This document shows positions 1 through 8,531 of a DNA stretch of 64,000 nt, one piece after another (position 1 is the first letter of the stretch; every line of letters starts with the position of its first letter). A model generated the notes under the pieces. The model was not told the DNA's origin and searched no databases. It was given only the letters and a program-made list of their open reading frames with translations. Origin of the DNA: Longimicrobiales bacterium (GTDB taxonomy: Bacteria; Gemmatimonadota; Gemmatimonadetes; Longimicrobiales; Gaopeijiaceae); NCBI GenBank assembly GCA_965238005.1, contig OZ250165.1, positions 1,984,001 through 2,048,000 of the forward strand, read 5' to 3'. The translations under genes were made by a program, and so were the position numbers.

Positions 1-1
1 G

Positions 2-391
2 TCTTGGGCGGCACATGGCGTGCCCCTGAAATCGGGTCGGGAGCTGCGCGAAGGCCGCTTCTTGCTCGTGGGTGTGGACGTCGATGCGGAGGCGCCCTCA
101 GGTTGTTCGATCGACGCGCTCGTGAATCGCCTGGAGGATTTCGGCGGAGAGATCGGCGTCACGCTGGTCGACCATGCGCCCGTCCGGTTCCGCGACGGGA
201 CCGAGATCCTGACTCTGTCGCGCGCCGAGTTCCGAGCTCTCGCGGCGGATGGAGGAATCGGACCCGACGCGCCCGTGTTCGACACGAGCCTGACGCGTGT
301 GGAGCAAGCTCGGGCGGGCGCGCTCGAGCGGCCGGCAACCGAGACCTGGCACGGTCAGGCTTTCTTCAAGGACCTGAGCGCAGGCCCCTAG
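2..391 (+). CDS. Conserved hypothetical protein, 5'-truncated by the window edge
   Basis: Frame 2 is open from base 2 (SWAAHGVPLKSG...); W.AHG and SGCSID motifs; GC-rich third positions. Confidence 0.7.
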   Translation, partial: SWAAHGVPLKSGRELREGRFLLVGVDVDAEAPSGCSIDALVNRLEDFGGEIGVTLVDHAPVRFRDGTEILTLSRAEFRALAADGGIGPDAPVFDTSLTRVEQARAGALERPATETWHGQAFFKDLSAGP

Positions 392-560
392 GTCACTGGA
401 GCCCGGGGGCGAACACCATTGTGTCGGCCGCTGCCCGCAGATACGTCACCGTCCCCCGGCTTCCCGCACGCACAGGGACCCGCGACGTCCGGGTGGTAGG
501 CATGGATGAGCTGCTCGGCGAAGAACGGCGATGCCCGTCGGACACGGTCATCCCTTGCGC
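389..560 (-). pseudogene. Degenerate remnant of a GmhB/HisB-type HAD phosphatase
   Basis: One frame reads HAYHPDVAGPCACGKPG and a second frame continues GTVTYLRAAAD, resembling CPHHP..GPC.CRKPGTGM...AA; no start and no DxD motif. Confidence 0.4.
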
Positions 561-571
561 CCGACAATGCC

Positions 572-871
572 TCACAGACCTAGAGATGCACGGATCAGCG
601 GGCTGATACGCTCGGGAGTCCAGGGCGGGGAGAAGGTGAGCTCGACCTCGCAGCTCTCCACACCCTCCACCCCCTCCACGGCAGCCTGCGCGTCCAAGAC
701 GAGCTGGTCGGCGACAGGACACATCGGCGAGGTCAGCGACATGACCACATGTACGTCCCCACCATCGACCTCGATGTCGTAGACGAGCCCGAGGACGACG
801 AGGTCGAGATCCAGCTCAGGGTCCTTCACGCCCTTGAGGGCGTCGCGAACGGTCTTATCCGTTACTGCCAT
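572..871 (-). CDS. Metal-sulfur cluster assembly factor (DUF59/SufT/MIP18 family)
   Basis: V.DPEL...V.LGLVY, SLTSPMCP and F.PPW motifs. Confidence 0.9.
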   Translation of the reverse strand: MAVTDKTVRDALKGVKDPELDLDLVVLGLVYDIEVDGGDVHVVMSLTSPMCPVADQLVLDAQAAVEGVEGVESCEVELTFSPPWTPERISPLIRASLGL

Positions 872-987
872 CGCCTTCCTCGACTGCCGTGATCCTACCC
901 GAGTCGGAGCGACTCGAGCGTTGAAGATAACGATGCCGACCGGCTCAGGTCAGAGCGCCGAGTCCGTTCGTCAGCCCCGGCGGGGCG

Positions 988-1314
988 TCAAACCGTGAAT
1001 GAGCTGCCGCACCCGCAGCCGCCGCTCGCCTTGGGATTCTGGAAAGTGAAGCCCTGACCCATCATGCTCGTCACGTAGTCGATCTCGACACCTTCCAAGT
1101 ACTGCGCGCTGAACGGGTCCACGAACACCTTCACGCCGTTGACGTCGAGCACTTCGTCGTCCGCCTCGGGACCGTCCTCGACGTTCAAACCGTACTGAAA
1201 GCCGGAGCACCCACCGGGTAGCACCGCAACGCGGAGTCCAACGTCACCCTCGACGCCATACTCCTGTATGAAGTCCTGGACCTTCTCGGTCGCCGAACTC
1301 GTCATCGTGACCAT
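988..1314 (-). CDS. Fe-S cluster assembly A-type carrier (HesB/IscA/ErpA family)
   Basis: GGCSGFQY and CGCGSSF motifs; AGGAGG upstream of the ATG at 1314. Confidence 0.92.
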   Translation of the reverse strand: MVTMTSSATEKVQDFIQEYGVEGDVGLRVAVLPGGCSGFQYGLNVEDGPEADDEVLDVNGVKVFVDPFSAQYLEGVEIDYVTSMMGQGFTFQNPKASGGCGCGSSFTV

Positions 1315-1546
1315 GGCGCCGACATCCTCCTGATATCTCGATCTGCCTGCCGTGGAGCCTCTGGGTCCGTCCCCACAGCTCTGAATACCCACCCCGCGGG
1401 CGGGGTTTCTCGCGGGAAAAGCTACCCGAGGCGACAAACCGGGTCAACGCCGCGAATCCGACAGGATGAGGTTCGCCGCGCCCCTCAGATCGTCGGCGAC
1501 CCACACCCCTTCGAGCAGCCATAGAGGCGCTTCTCGCCGATGCTGC

Positions 1547-2455
1547 TTGCGCTTCAGGACCAAACCGACCCGCGACTGGACCGGCACGAAGCGAATGTTT
1601 TCTTCCCCCCATGGTCTGGATTCGTTCGATCAGTACCTGCAAGACGTAGAGAAATACCCGCTCATTCAGGACCCGTTGGAGGAGCGTGAGCTCGCGCGAC
1701 GGGCGCGCGCTGGGGACAAGGAGGCCGCCGAGCGGCTCGTGACCGCGAACCTCCGGTTCGTGATCTCCTTTGTGAGGAAGTACCAGGGCCGAGGTCTCGA
1801 GTTCAGCGAGCTCGTGTGCCTCGGCAACGAGGGGCTCCTCAAGGCAGTCGAGAAGTTCGATCCGGACAGGGGAGTGAAGTTCATCTCATACGCCGTGTGG
1901 TGGATCCGCCAGACTGTCCTCCAGGCGCTGGCCGCGCAGACCCGCCCGGTGCGCATCCCGCTGAATCAGAACTCGAACCTCGCGAAGGTCGCGCGCACCA
2001 ACACACAGCTCACGCAGTCGCTCGGCCGCACGCCGACCGACGCCGAGATCGCCAGTGAGATGGAAGAGCCGGTGGGGACGATTCGGGCTCTTCGTCGTGT
2101 CGCGGCCGCAGAGCTCAGCCTGGACGCTCCCATCGGCCGGAGGGATGGGGACGGCGCGAGCTTCGGTGAGCGGTTCTCGGGGGCCGAGGCGTCGGATATC
2201 GAGGGAAACGTCGACGCGATCGCCTGCAGGGACTTCCTCGAGACGATGTTCGAGCAGTACCTGACGGAGCGCGAGCGGAAGATCCTCTCCCTGTACTACG
2301 GCCTCGACGACGGAGAGGAGAGGACCCTGGAAGTGATCGGATCGCTTCTCGGCGTCACACGCGAGCGCATCAGGCAGATCCGGGACCGAGCGTTCGAGAA
2401 GCTCCTCGAGAGCCCGCACGGCGAATCCCTCTCAGGATTCTGGAATGCCAACTGA
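1547..2455 (+). CDS. RNA polymerase sigma-70 factor (RpoD/RpoS-like, no region 1.1); start uncertain (1547 TTG or 1595 ATG)
   Basis: LVTANLRFV, EKFDPDRGVKFISYAVWWIRQ, region 4 TLEVIG..LGVTRERIRQI. Confidence 0.9.
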   Translation: MRFRTKPTRDWTGTKRMFSSPHGLDSFDQYLQDVEKYPLIQDPLEERELARRARAGDKEAAERLVTANLRFVISFVRKYQGRGLEFSELVCLGNEGLLKAVEKFDPDRGVKFISYAVWWIRQTVLQALAAQTRPVRIPLNQNSNLAKVARTNTQLTQSLGRTPTDAEIASEMEEPVGTIRALRRVAAAELSLDAPIGRRDGDGASFGERFSGAEASDIEGNVDAIACRDFLETMFEQYLTERERKILSLYYGLDDGEERTLEVIGSLLGVTRERIRQIRDRAFEKLLESPHGESLSGFWNAN

Positions 2456-2540
2456 CGCAGCGCCAGCCAGGGCGGTGGCGCCCGCCAGTAACGTGCAAGA
2501 GAGTGCCGCCAGACACCCGAAGGCGAAGACGACTCGGCCG

Positions 2541-2631
2541 TCGGCCACGTAGACCGGTCCGCCATACCGCCCTCATCCAACTCACGCTCTACGCGGTAGC
2601 GGCCCTTCAGGGCTGCCACGGTTTCACCCAC
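2541..2631 (-). pseudogene. Frameshifted N-terminal remnant of a Hanks-type Ser/Thr kinase
   Basis: AALKGRYRVERELDEGGMA, then frameshift to VYVAD. Confidence 0.65.
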
Positions 2632-2722
2632 CGTCCCCTGGACGGTTGACGAGAAGTGCCTCTTCCATGAGCTTTACGGCGAATAGAGCAACATTGAGTA
2701 GGCTAGAAGCAGCGGTATCGAT

Positions 2723-2753
2723 GCGGGGGCCTCCACAGGCTGCCCGCTTTTTT
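2723..2753 (+). terminator. Terminator-like hairpin about 100 nt upstream of the cold-shock gene
   Basis: GCGGG-GGCCT-ccac-AGGCT-g-CCCGC followed by TTTTTT. Confidence 0.5.
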
Positions 2754-2856
2754 CGTGGCAAGTGCCGCGGCCCAGCGCGGGGGAGTTCCCGCGCGAGTCA
2801 TGTAGTCGGAAGGTGCGGTTCATCCGGACTCCGACAATGACCACCAAAGGAGCAGG

Positions 2857-3066
2857 ATGATGCGTACCAGAGGGACAGTGAAGTGGTTCAACGATCAGAA
2901 GGGCTTCGGCTTTATCACGCCCGAGGACAATAGCAAAGACTGCTTTGTCCACCATTCCGCCATTCAGGCCGAGGGCTTCAAGTCTCTGGCCGAAGGCGAG
3001 AGCGTCGAGTTCGACGTGGTAGAGGGTCAGAAGGGCCCCGCCGCGGAGAACGTCCAGAAGGTCTAA
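2857..3066 (+). CDS. Cold-shock protein (CspA family)
   Basis: GTVKWFN..KGFGFI (RNP1), FVHHSAI (RNP2), [18 protein letters not shown]. Confidence 0.95.
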   Translation: MMRTRGTVKWFNDQKGFGFITPEDNSKDCFVHHSAIQAEGFKSLAEGESVEFDVVEGQKGPAAENVQKV

Positions 3067-3097
3067 AGCCGTTCGGGTCGAGTGGCCCCCAGCAGGT

Positions 3098-3137
3098 AGC
3101 GGGCCGCCCTGAGCATCGGGGTGGCCCGCTTGTTTTG
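3098..3137 (+). terminator. Intrinsic terminator after csp
   Basis: AGCGGGCCGCCCTGA/TCGGGGTGGCCCGCT stem with G-U pairs, followed by TGTTTTG. Confidence 0.65.
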
Positions 3138-3283
3138 TCCCCTCACCGCTGCCCAGATACCTATGTGGTACCTGGAACGCGAAAACGGCCACCCAACCAC
3201 AGAGTGACCGTTCGCCCGCCGAGTGCGGAGTCGCGTCGTGGGTGAGGCGCGGGCTGCCGGTTAGGCGAGGCCTGCTACATCCC

Positions 3284-3412
3284 CTACAGGTTCTGCTCGT
3301 GCCTGATGTCCTCGGCCAAGTAGACCGTGGCCATCCCGCCTTCACCCAGCTCGCGCTCGATGGCGTAGCGGCCTTCGAGGGCCGCCTTGAGGCGGGCGAC
3401 GGTGTCGGACAT
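3284..3412 (-). pseudogene. Truncated N-terminus (42 aa) of a Hanks-type Ser/Thr kinase
   Basis: MSDTVARLKAALEGRYAIERELGEGGMATVYLAEDIRHEQNL*; glycine loop present, stop before the VAIK lysine. Confidence 0.8.
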
Positions 3413-3540
3413 GGCGGACAAGATGCGTCTGATGCGTACGCGGCAGCAAGCACCATATCCTACAACCTCAGCAGTAATCGAAGTCTTACGACGGCCGATT
3501 CAGATCTTGTCGGGCCCCGATGCGGAGGCGAGCTTTGGTC

Positions 3541-3756
3541 ATGGCTTCACGAATCGATTTTTCCGAGCTGACTCCCGCCGAACGGCTCTCGCTAATCGAC
3601 GATCTTTGGGAGAGCCTGTCCGACGAGGTGGCCCTCCCGATTTCGCCGTCACTCGGACGTGCACTGGATCGTCGGGTGGAAGAAGCGCAGCGAAGTCCTG
3701 AAGAAGGGCGGTCGTGGGAAACGATCCGTTCAGACCTCGAGGAGCCCAGCGGCTGA
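3541..3756 (+). CDS. Putative addiction-module antitoxin (TIGR02574-like)
   Basis: LTPAERLSLIDDLWESL...LDRR....SWE pattern; directly followed by a ParE-like start. Confidence 0.8.
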   Translation: MASRIDFSELTPAERLSLIDDLWESLSDEVALPISPSLGRALDRRVEEAQRSPEEGRSWETIRSDLEEPSG

Positions 3757-3813
3757 GTGCGACGGCTCGTCGTCCGGTCTCTTGCCGAGGCCGAGATTGA
3801 ACAAGCCTACCTA
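3757..3813 (+). pseudogene. N-terminal stub of a ParE/RelE toxin
   Basis: VRRLVVRSLAEAEIEQAY resembles ParE starts; sequence becomes AT-richer and unrelated after about 3813. Confidence 0.6.
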
Positions 3814-4532
3814 TGTGAAGCCGATCCTCTTTCTCAGGTTCTTAGGAAAAAAGATCGAAGCCGGATCGAGGATTACAGTTCAATCTGTGATCGAGCCACC
3901 AGATTGGTTTGTCCGTCTTACCCGTTGGTTTCCAACACAGTGGTTTAGCCTCGCCTGGCTGCCCAAGCGATATCGGGTCGGAGTCAGTGTGTTGGGCGGC
4001 TTGCTCTTTTGGCTGGTTGTCTATCTGGGTCAGTTGTTCAATCCATCCTACTCGTTCTTGGATCAACTCTCTCAATTGGGGGGCCAGGGAGCAGTTGCAG
4101 CCTGGATTTTCAATGCTGGAGTGATTACTGCGGGGGGACTAGCCATCGCGTATTGCTACTTATTGATGTTACAGGTGCGCACTCTCCCTTCTGCGGTTGG
4201 CCTGCTTTTTTTTCTCGTCGCATTCGTTTTCTTGATTCTGATCGGGTCTTTTACGTGGCCATCCACTATGCATCTTCTCTCCCTGATCCTTTTCCTGAGT
4301 TTTGCCCTGAGTGGTGGGGCGCTCATGGGCGTCGGATTGCGTCTGGAAAGGATACCCTCGTCGTGGCTGGGTGATTATCGGAATGTCGTTCTTGGGTGGG
4401 GCTGTCTCGCTTCTCCTCCCATGGCTCTCGGAAGGTCCGCTTGAGATCATTGGAATCAGTCTGATCATGGCGATTCTGCTTACGGTCAGAAATGATATCA
4501 GGCATCAGTCTGAAGAGGAGGAAGCAGGTTGA
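3812..4532 (+). pseudogene. AT-richer multi-pass membrane protein (DUF998-like), frameshifted near 4345
   Basis: YSFLDQLSQLG....AWIFNAG and IGSF....MH motifs; hydrophobic sequence continues in another frame (GYPRRGWVIIG...LEIIGISLIMAILL). Confidence 0.55.
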
Positions 4533-4633
4533 CATCACGGCGAGAGCCATCCGGGTCGCGATTGCGAGGCGCCGAGCTCGGCGGCACTTTCGTCCTCCTC
4601 GATCCGACGAAGTCCCTCACGGAGAAGCGAAGA

Positions 4634-5436
4634 ATGCAGAGATCGCCTGGAATTCCGGCGCTCGGCCTTGTCCTGCTCCTGTCCTCACGACCTTCCTGGG
4701 TTCGTGCGCGGGGGCTGACGACGGTGACACAACACGCGCGAGCGATCCCGGCGGTGAGGTTCCCACGTTTACGGTCGACCCGTCGTGGCCTCTCGAGATG
4801 CCAAACAAGTGGATCATGGGCGCCGTGACCGCGGTCTTCGTAGACGCGCAGGATCACGTTTGGGTCACTCATCTCCCCGAGACGCTCACGCCCGAGGAGA
4901 TCTCGGCCGTCCAGGATCCGCCGCTCGGAACGTGCTGCGTGCCGGCTCCCGTCGTGATCGAGTTCGACGCCGAGGGCAGCGTGGTCCAGGGGTGGGGTGA
5001 CCCTGCTACCCAGGACATCTCAGAGTTCCCGCGCAACGCGCACGGGCTGTTCATCGACCACAACGACTTCGTGTGGATCGGGACGTTTCGGCATCACCGC
5101 GTGATGAAGTTCACGCGTAGCGGAGAGCTGGTGATGCAGATAGGGGAATACGAGGTGAGCGGGGGCAGCAACGACGAGAGTCTTCTCGGGGGGCCGGCGG
5201 GGATCTGGGTCGATCCTTCGACGAACGAGGTCTTCATCGCGGACGGGTACAGGAATCGCCGCGTGATCGTGTTCGACGGCGAGACGGGGGCCTACCTACG
5301 TCACTGGGGTGCGTATGGGGAACGGCCCGACGACACGTACCGGTACGGCGATCGCGATCCGGCTGGCCCACCGCCGCGTCAGTTTTCCACCGTTCACGGC
5401 CTCGTGGGCTCGAAGGATGGACTCATCTATGTGGCC
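4634..5436 (+). pseudogene. NHL-repeat beta-propeller exported protein, frameshifted in the signal peptide and 3'-truncated
   Basis: VDPSWP, VDAQDHVWV, EVFIADGYRNRRVIVFD repeats; GGAG+ATG 4634 is out of frame with the body; homology ends abruptly at GLIYVA. Confidence 0.7.
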
Positions 5437-5666
5437 GCGATGAGGTTCGCGGTTTTCGCGGTGCTGGCCGAGTCTTTCGATGCCTCCGCCGAGTCCACCG
5501 CAGCATTGATCGCCCGGTCCTCTCGTTTGATCTTCTGCTCGCGGAGCCACGACTGAGCCCAGCCCATCTCGGTGCTGTTGGTCCAGTGCCCCATGTACAC
5601 GTACCGGTCCACCGTGGCCTCGCCCAACTCATCCAACTCCTCGTAGAACTCTTCTCGTTCAGCCAC
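5427..5666 (-). CDS. Small hypothetical protein, probably 3'-truncated
   Basis: GGAG RBS + GTG; MAEREEFYEELDELGE...SASTAKTANLIAAT*; stop lies inside NHL-gene sequence. Confidence 0.5.
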   Translation of the reverse strand: MAEREEFYEELDELGEATVDRYVYMGHWTNSTEMGWAQSWLREQKIKREDRAINAAVDSAEASKDSASTAKTANLIAAT

Positions 5667-5720
5667 AAGCACTCCGAAAAGTTGACCCCAACCTGCACAC
5701 AAACCCGCACACTCGCTCTA

Positions 5721-5759
5721 GAAAGAGAACGGGGCACCGAGCGTAACCCGGTGCCCCGT
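5721..5759 (-). terminator. Terminator downstream of tmRNA
   Basis: Perfect 11-bp stem ACGGGGCACCG/CGGTGCCCCGT followed on the minus strand by TCTCTTTC. Confidence 0.7.
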
Positions 5760-5786
5760 CACAACTCGCGCGATTCTCTCGCGCAG

Positions 5787-6140
5787 TGGAGGCGGCGGGA
5801 GTCGAACCCGCGTCCGCGAATCGATCCTACAGAGCCTCTACGTGCGTAGCGTCACTCGAGAATTCGCATGGGGCGGTGAGCGAGCAACCGGCCCCCAAGC
5901 TAGCTACCTGATCGTCTCATCCCCCACCAGGACAGCACTGGCGTGGGACCAGCCCGACTCATCGACGTCTCGGAGACCCGCCTCGGGCGGGCAGATCAGG
6001 AGACGGGCTACGAACCGTAGTTACGCAGCCAATGCCAGATCATTGTTGGCAATTGTGATTCCCCCAGGTTTTAACGAGGTCCCAGGAACCTCGGCACGCA
6101 ACTCCATGTTCACCAAACGCGTCGAAGCCGTGACGCCCCC
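5787..6140 (-). ncRNA. ssrA: tmRNA; encoded tag ANNDLALAA* (6050-6021); CCA not encoded
   Basis: 5' GGGGGCGTCACGGCTTCGAC; 3' GCGGGTTCGACTCCCGCCGCCTCCA; G3-U acceptor pair; tag ends LAA-TAA. Confidence 0.97.
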
Positions 6141-6269
6141 GGTTTCCTGCGGCCTTTCGGCCGGTACTTCAGTATCGGTCACCCGATGACTACCCTTACC
6201 CCGGCCTGGAAGGCCAGGATCCCCCTCATGGCGCGTCAGGCGCCCCGCCGGACCATCGGCGGCCGGCCC

Positions 6270-7271
6270 TCAGGCCGCTTCGGCCCCTTCCAGGTGACGG
6301 TCCAGATAGCCCTGCAGCAGCATCTCGACCTGCTCGAGGGTCGTCACCTGGAAGAGCTCGGTCCGGAGAGATCGTCCGTCCGGAAGTCCCTTCGTATACC
6401 ACCCGAGGTGCTTCCGGAAGTCGATGAGGGTGCGATCCGCATCGTGTCCGAACTCGATTCCGTTCCGGATGTGCTCCAGGCACACCCGGAAGCGCTCTTC
6501 CACACCGGGATCCGCCGGCACGGACCGGCCGTCCAACGCTGCCCGGGCCTGCTCAAAGATCCACGGATAGCCGTGGCCTCCCCGGGCAATCATGACGCCG
6601 GCGCAGTTTGTCGCGTCCTTCATGCGACGCGCGTCGGCCCCCACGTGGACGTCACCGTTTCCGACCACAGGAACGTCCAAGGCGTCCACGAGGGCTGCGA
6701 TCTCATCCCAGCGGGCCTCCCCGGAGTACATGTCCGTCCTGGCGCGGGGGTGGAGCGTGACCATCCGCGATCCGGCGTCCTGGCACCGGAGGCCGATCCC
6801 TACGGGATCCCGCGACGGCTCGTCGTAGCCACTCCGGATCTTGGTCGTCACGGGCAGGTGCGTGTTCGCCGCCACGGCCTTGATGATGCGCTCGACCAGG
6901 TCCATGTCCCGGAGGCATCCCGAGCCCCCGTTCCGCTTCACGATCTTCTTCACCGGACACCCGAAGTTGATGTCGATGAAGTTCGGCCCGAACAGGTCCG
7001 TCACGAGGGCCGAGGCCTCCCCCATGGTCCTGGCGTCCGACCCGAAGATCTGGATGCCGACGGGCCGCTCGTCCTCGTCGAACCGCAGGTGATCCCGCGT
7101 CTGGCGGTTGCCCTGCATGATGCCGTCGGCGCTCACGAACTCGGTGGAGACGATATCCGCTCCGAAGCGGCGGCAAAGCCGCCTGAACGGCGACTCGCTC
7201 ACGCCCGCCTGGGGCGCGAGGAAAAGCGGAGTCCGGTCGCTCGCGAGGAGCTCGAAGAGATCGTCGGCCAT
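6270..7271 (-). CDS. dusB: tRNA-dihydrouridine synthase B
   Basis: LAPQAGVS, IDINFGCPVKK, VTTKIRSG, NGDV, MIARG, RKHLGWY. Confidence 0.92.
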   Translation of the reverse strand: MADDLFELLASDRTPLFLAPQAGVSESPFRRLCRRFGADIVSTEFVSADGIMQGNRQTRDHLRFDEDERPVGIQIFGSDARTMGEASALVTDLFGPNFIDINFGCPVKKIVKRNGGSGCLRDMDLVERIIKAVAANTHLPVTTKIRSGYDEPSRDPVGIGLRCQDAGSRMVTLHPRARTDMYSGEARWDEIAALVDALDVPVVGNGDVHVGADARRMKDATNCAGVMIARGGHGYPWIFEQARAALDGRSVPADPGVEERFRVCLEHIRNGIEFGHDADRTLIDFRKHLGWYTKGLPDGRSLRTELFQVTTLEQVEMLLQGYLDRHLEGAEAA

Positions 7272-7407
7272 ATGAGGAAAGGTATGATCCGCGTCGAAAA
7301 GGGTGAAGTGCAGCGCTTTACAGCCCCCACCATCCTGAGGAATATTGCAGGCTCATACCAGACGAACCAACATGCTCGCGAAGGATCGCTCCTTCGGAGG
7401 AATAGAT

Positions 7408-7860
7408 ATGAAGCTCAGGGAGCTGTTCACGGGCGACGTCGTCAATCTCAACCTCGCGGCGGAATCGAAGGACGAGACCCTCAAGCAGCTGGTCTCGCTC
7501 CTGCACCTGGATGAGAAGTCCGAAAGCATCCTCTACAAGACCCTGAAACGCCGGGAGAATCTCGGCTCCACCGGAATCGGCAGGGGGATCGCCATCCCGC
7601 ACTGTCGCTCCCTCGTAGTGAGCCGCCTCCGCCTCGCATACGGGCGGAAGCTGGATGGCGTGGAGTTCAAGGCCATCGACGACCAGCCCGTCCACAACTT
7701 CTTCCTCATCGTCGCTCCACCCCTCGAGGTCTCCAACCTATACCTTCCTGTTCTCGGCAAGATCGCCCAGTTCGCCAAAGACGACGACGTCCCGAGGCTC
7801 TTGGAGGAGCTCGAGGAGCCGGAGGAGTTCCTCAGGCTGCTTGAAGAGCGGGCTCCCTAG
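7408..7860 (+). CDS. PTS EIIA (Ntr/fructose-type)
   Basis: RENLGSTGIGRGIAIPHCR phospho-His motif; GGAGG RBS. Confidence 0.9.
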   Translation: MKLRELFTGDVVNLNLAAESKDETLKQLVSLLHLDEKSESILYKTLKRRENLGSTGIGRGIAIPHCRSLVVSRLRLAYGRKLDGVEFKAIDDQPVHNFFLIVAPPLEVSNLYLPVLGKIAQFAKDDDVPRLLEELEEPEEFLRLLEERAP

Positions 7861-7884
7861 GGGCCCCTTGAGTGCACCCGAGAC

Positions 7885-7908
7885 AAAAAAACGCCCCTCA
7901 GGGACGTC
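7885..7908 (-). terminator. Intrinsic terminator for the FlgD-Ig gene
   Basis: Minus strand ACGTCC-ctgag-GGGCGT followed by a T run. Confidence 0.5.
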
Positions 7909-7942
7909 GGCTTGAGACAGGTCCACTCCTAGCGGACGGATC

Positions 7943-8368
7943 CTATTTGGTGACGTACATCCTGATGACCGCTCGCTCCCCGTTCACGGTCAGCTGAACG
8001 AAGTAGATGCCCGACGCCACCTGCCGTCCCGCCTGATCGAGGCCGTCCCAGTAGGCCTCGTGACGACCTGGCACCGTGTATTCCAGATCGACCAGGGGCG
8101 TCTGACCGTTGGGGTGATTGAGGGCGGTAGGAATGGCCACAAACTGCTGCAGCACGTTGAAGATGCGCACGGATACAACGGCCGTTCTACCATCCTCGAA
8201 TAGCCCCTCGTTGAGTTCGAATGGGATTTTCGTCTCAGGATTGAACGGATTGGGGTAGTTCTGGCCTAATGTGAATCCCCTCTCCGGTCTTTCGGCGGGC
8301 TGCGCAGTAAGGTCAGACGCAATGCCGAAAACCGCGAGAAGCAGGAAGACGCAATATGCGCGTCTCAT
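7943..8368 (-). CDS. Secreted protein made of a single FlgD-Ig / T9SS-CTD-like domain
   Basis: Signal peptide; LGQNYPNPFNP, WDGLD..G..VASGIYF motifs. Confidence 0.8.
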   Translation of the reverse strand: MRRAYCVFLLLAVFGIASDLTAQPAERPERGFTLGQNYPNPFNPETKIPFELNEGLFEDGRTAVVSVRIFNVLQQFVAIPTALNHPNGQTPLVDLEYTVPGRHEAYWDGLDQAGRQVASGIYFVQLTVNGERAVIRMYVTK

Positions 8369-8531
8369 GTGCACCTACCCATGCCGTAGCCGTTGGACTA
8401 ATAGCCCTCCAGAGAGTCAGTGCCTGCAATCCTACACTTCTTGTCTCAACTATACCTCTCGGCGAAAACAGTTGCAAGCATATGTTTCCTCCGGGTTCAT
8501 ATAGGCCGGAAGCCACTCGTTGGTTCCCCTT

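Noticed and set aside
988..1314. HesB-like or other selenoprotein linked to selB
   Set aside because: All conserved positions are Cys codons; no in-frame TGA extension seen
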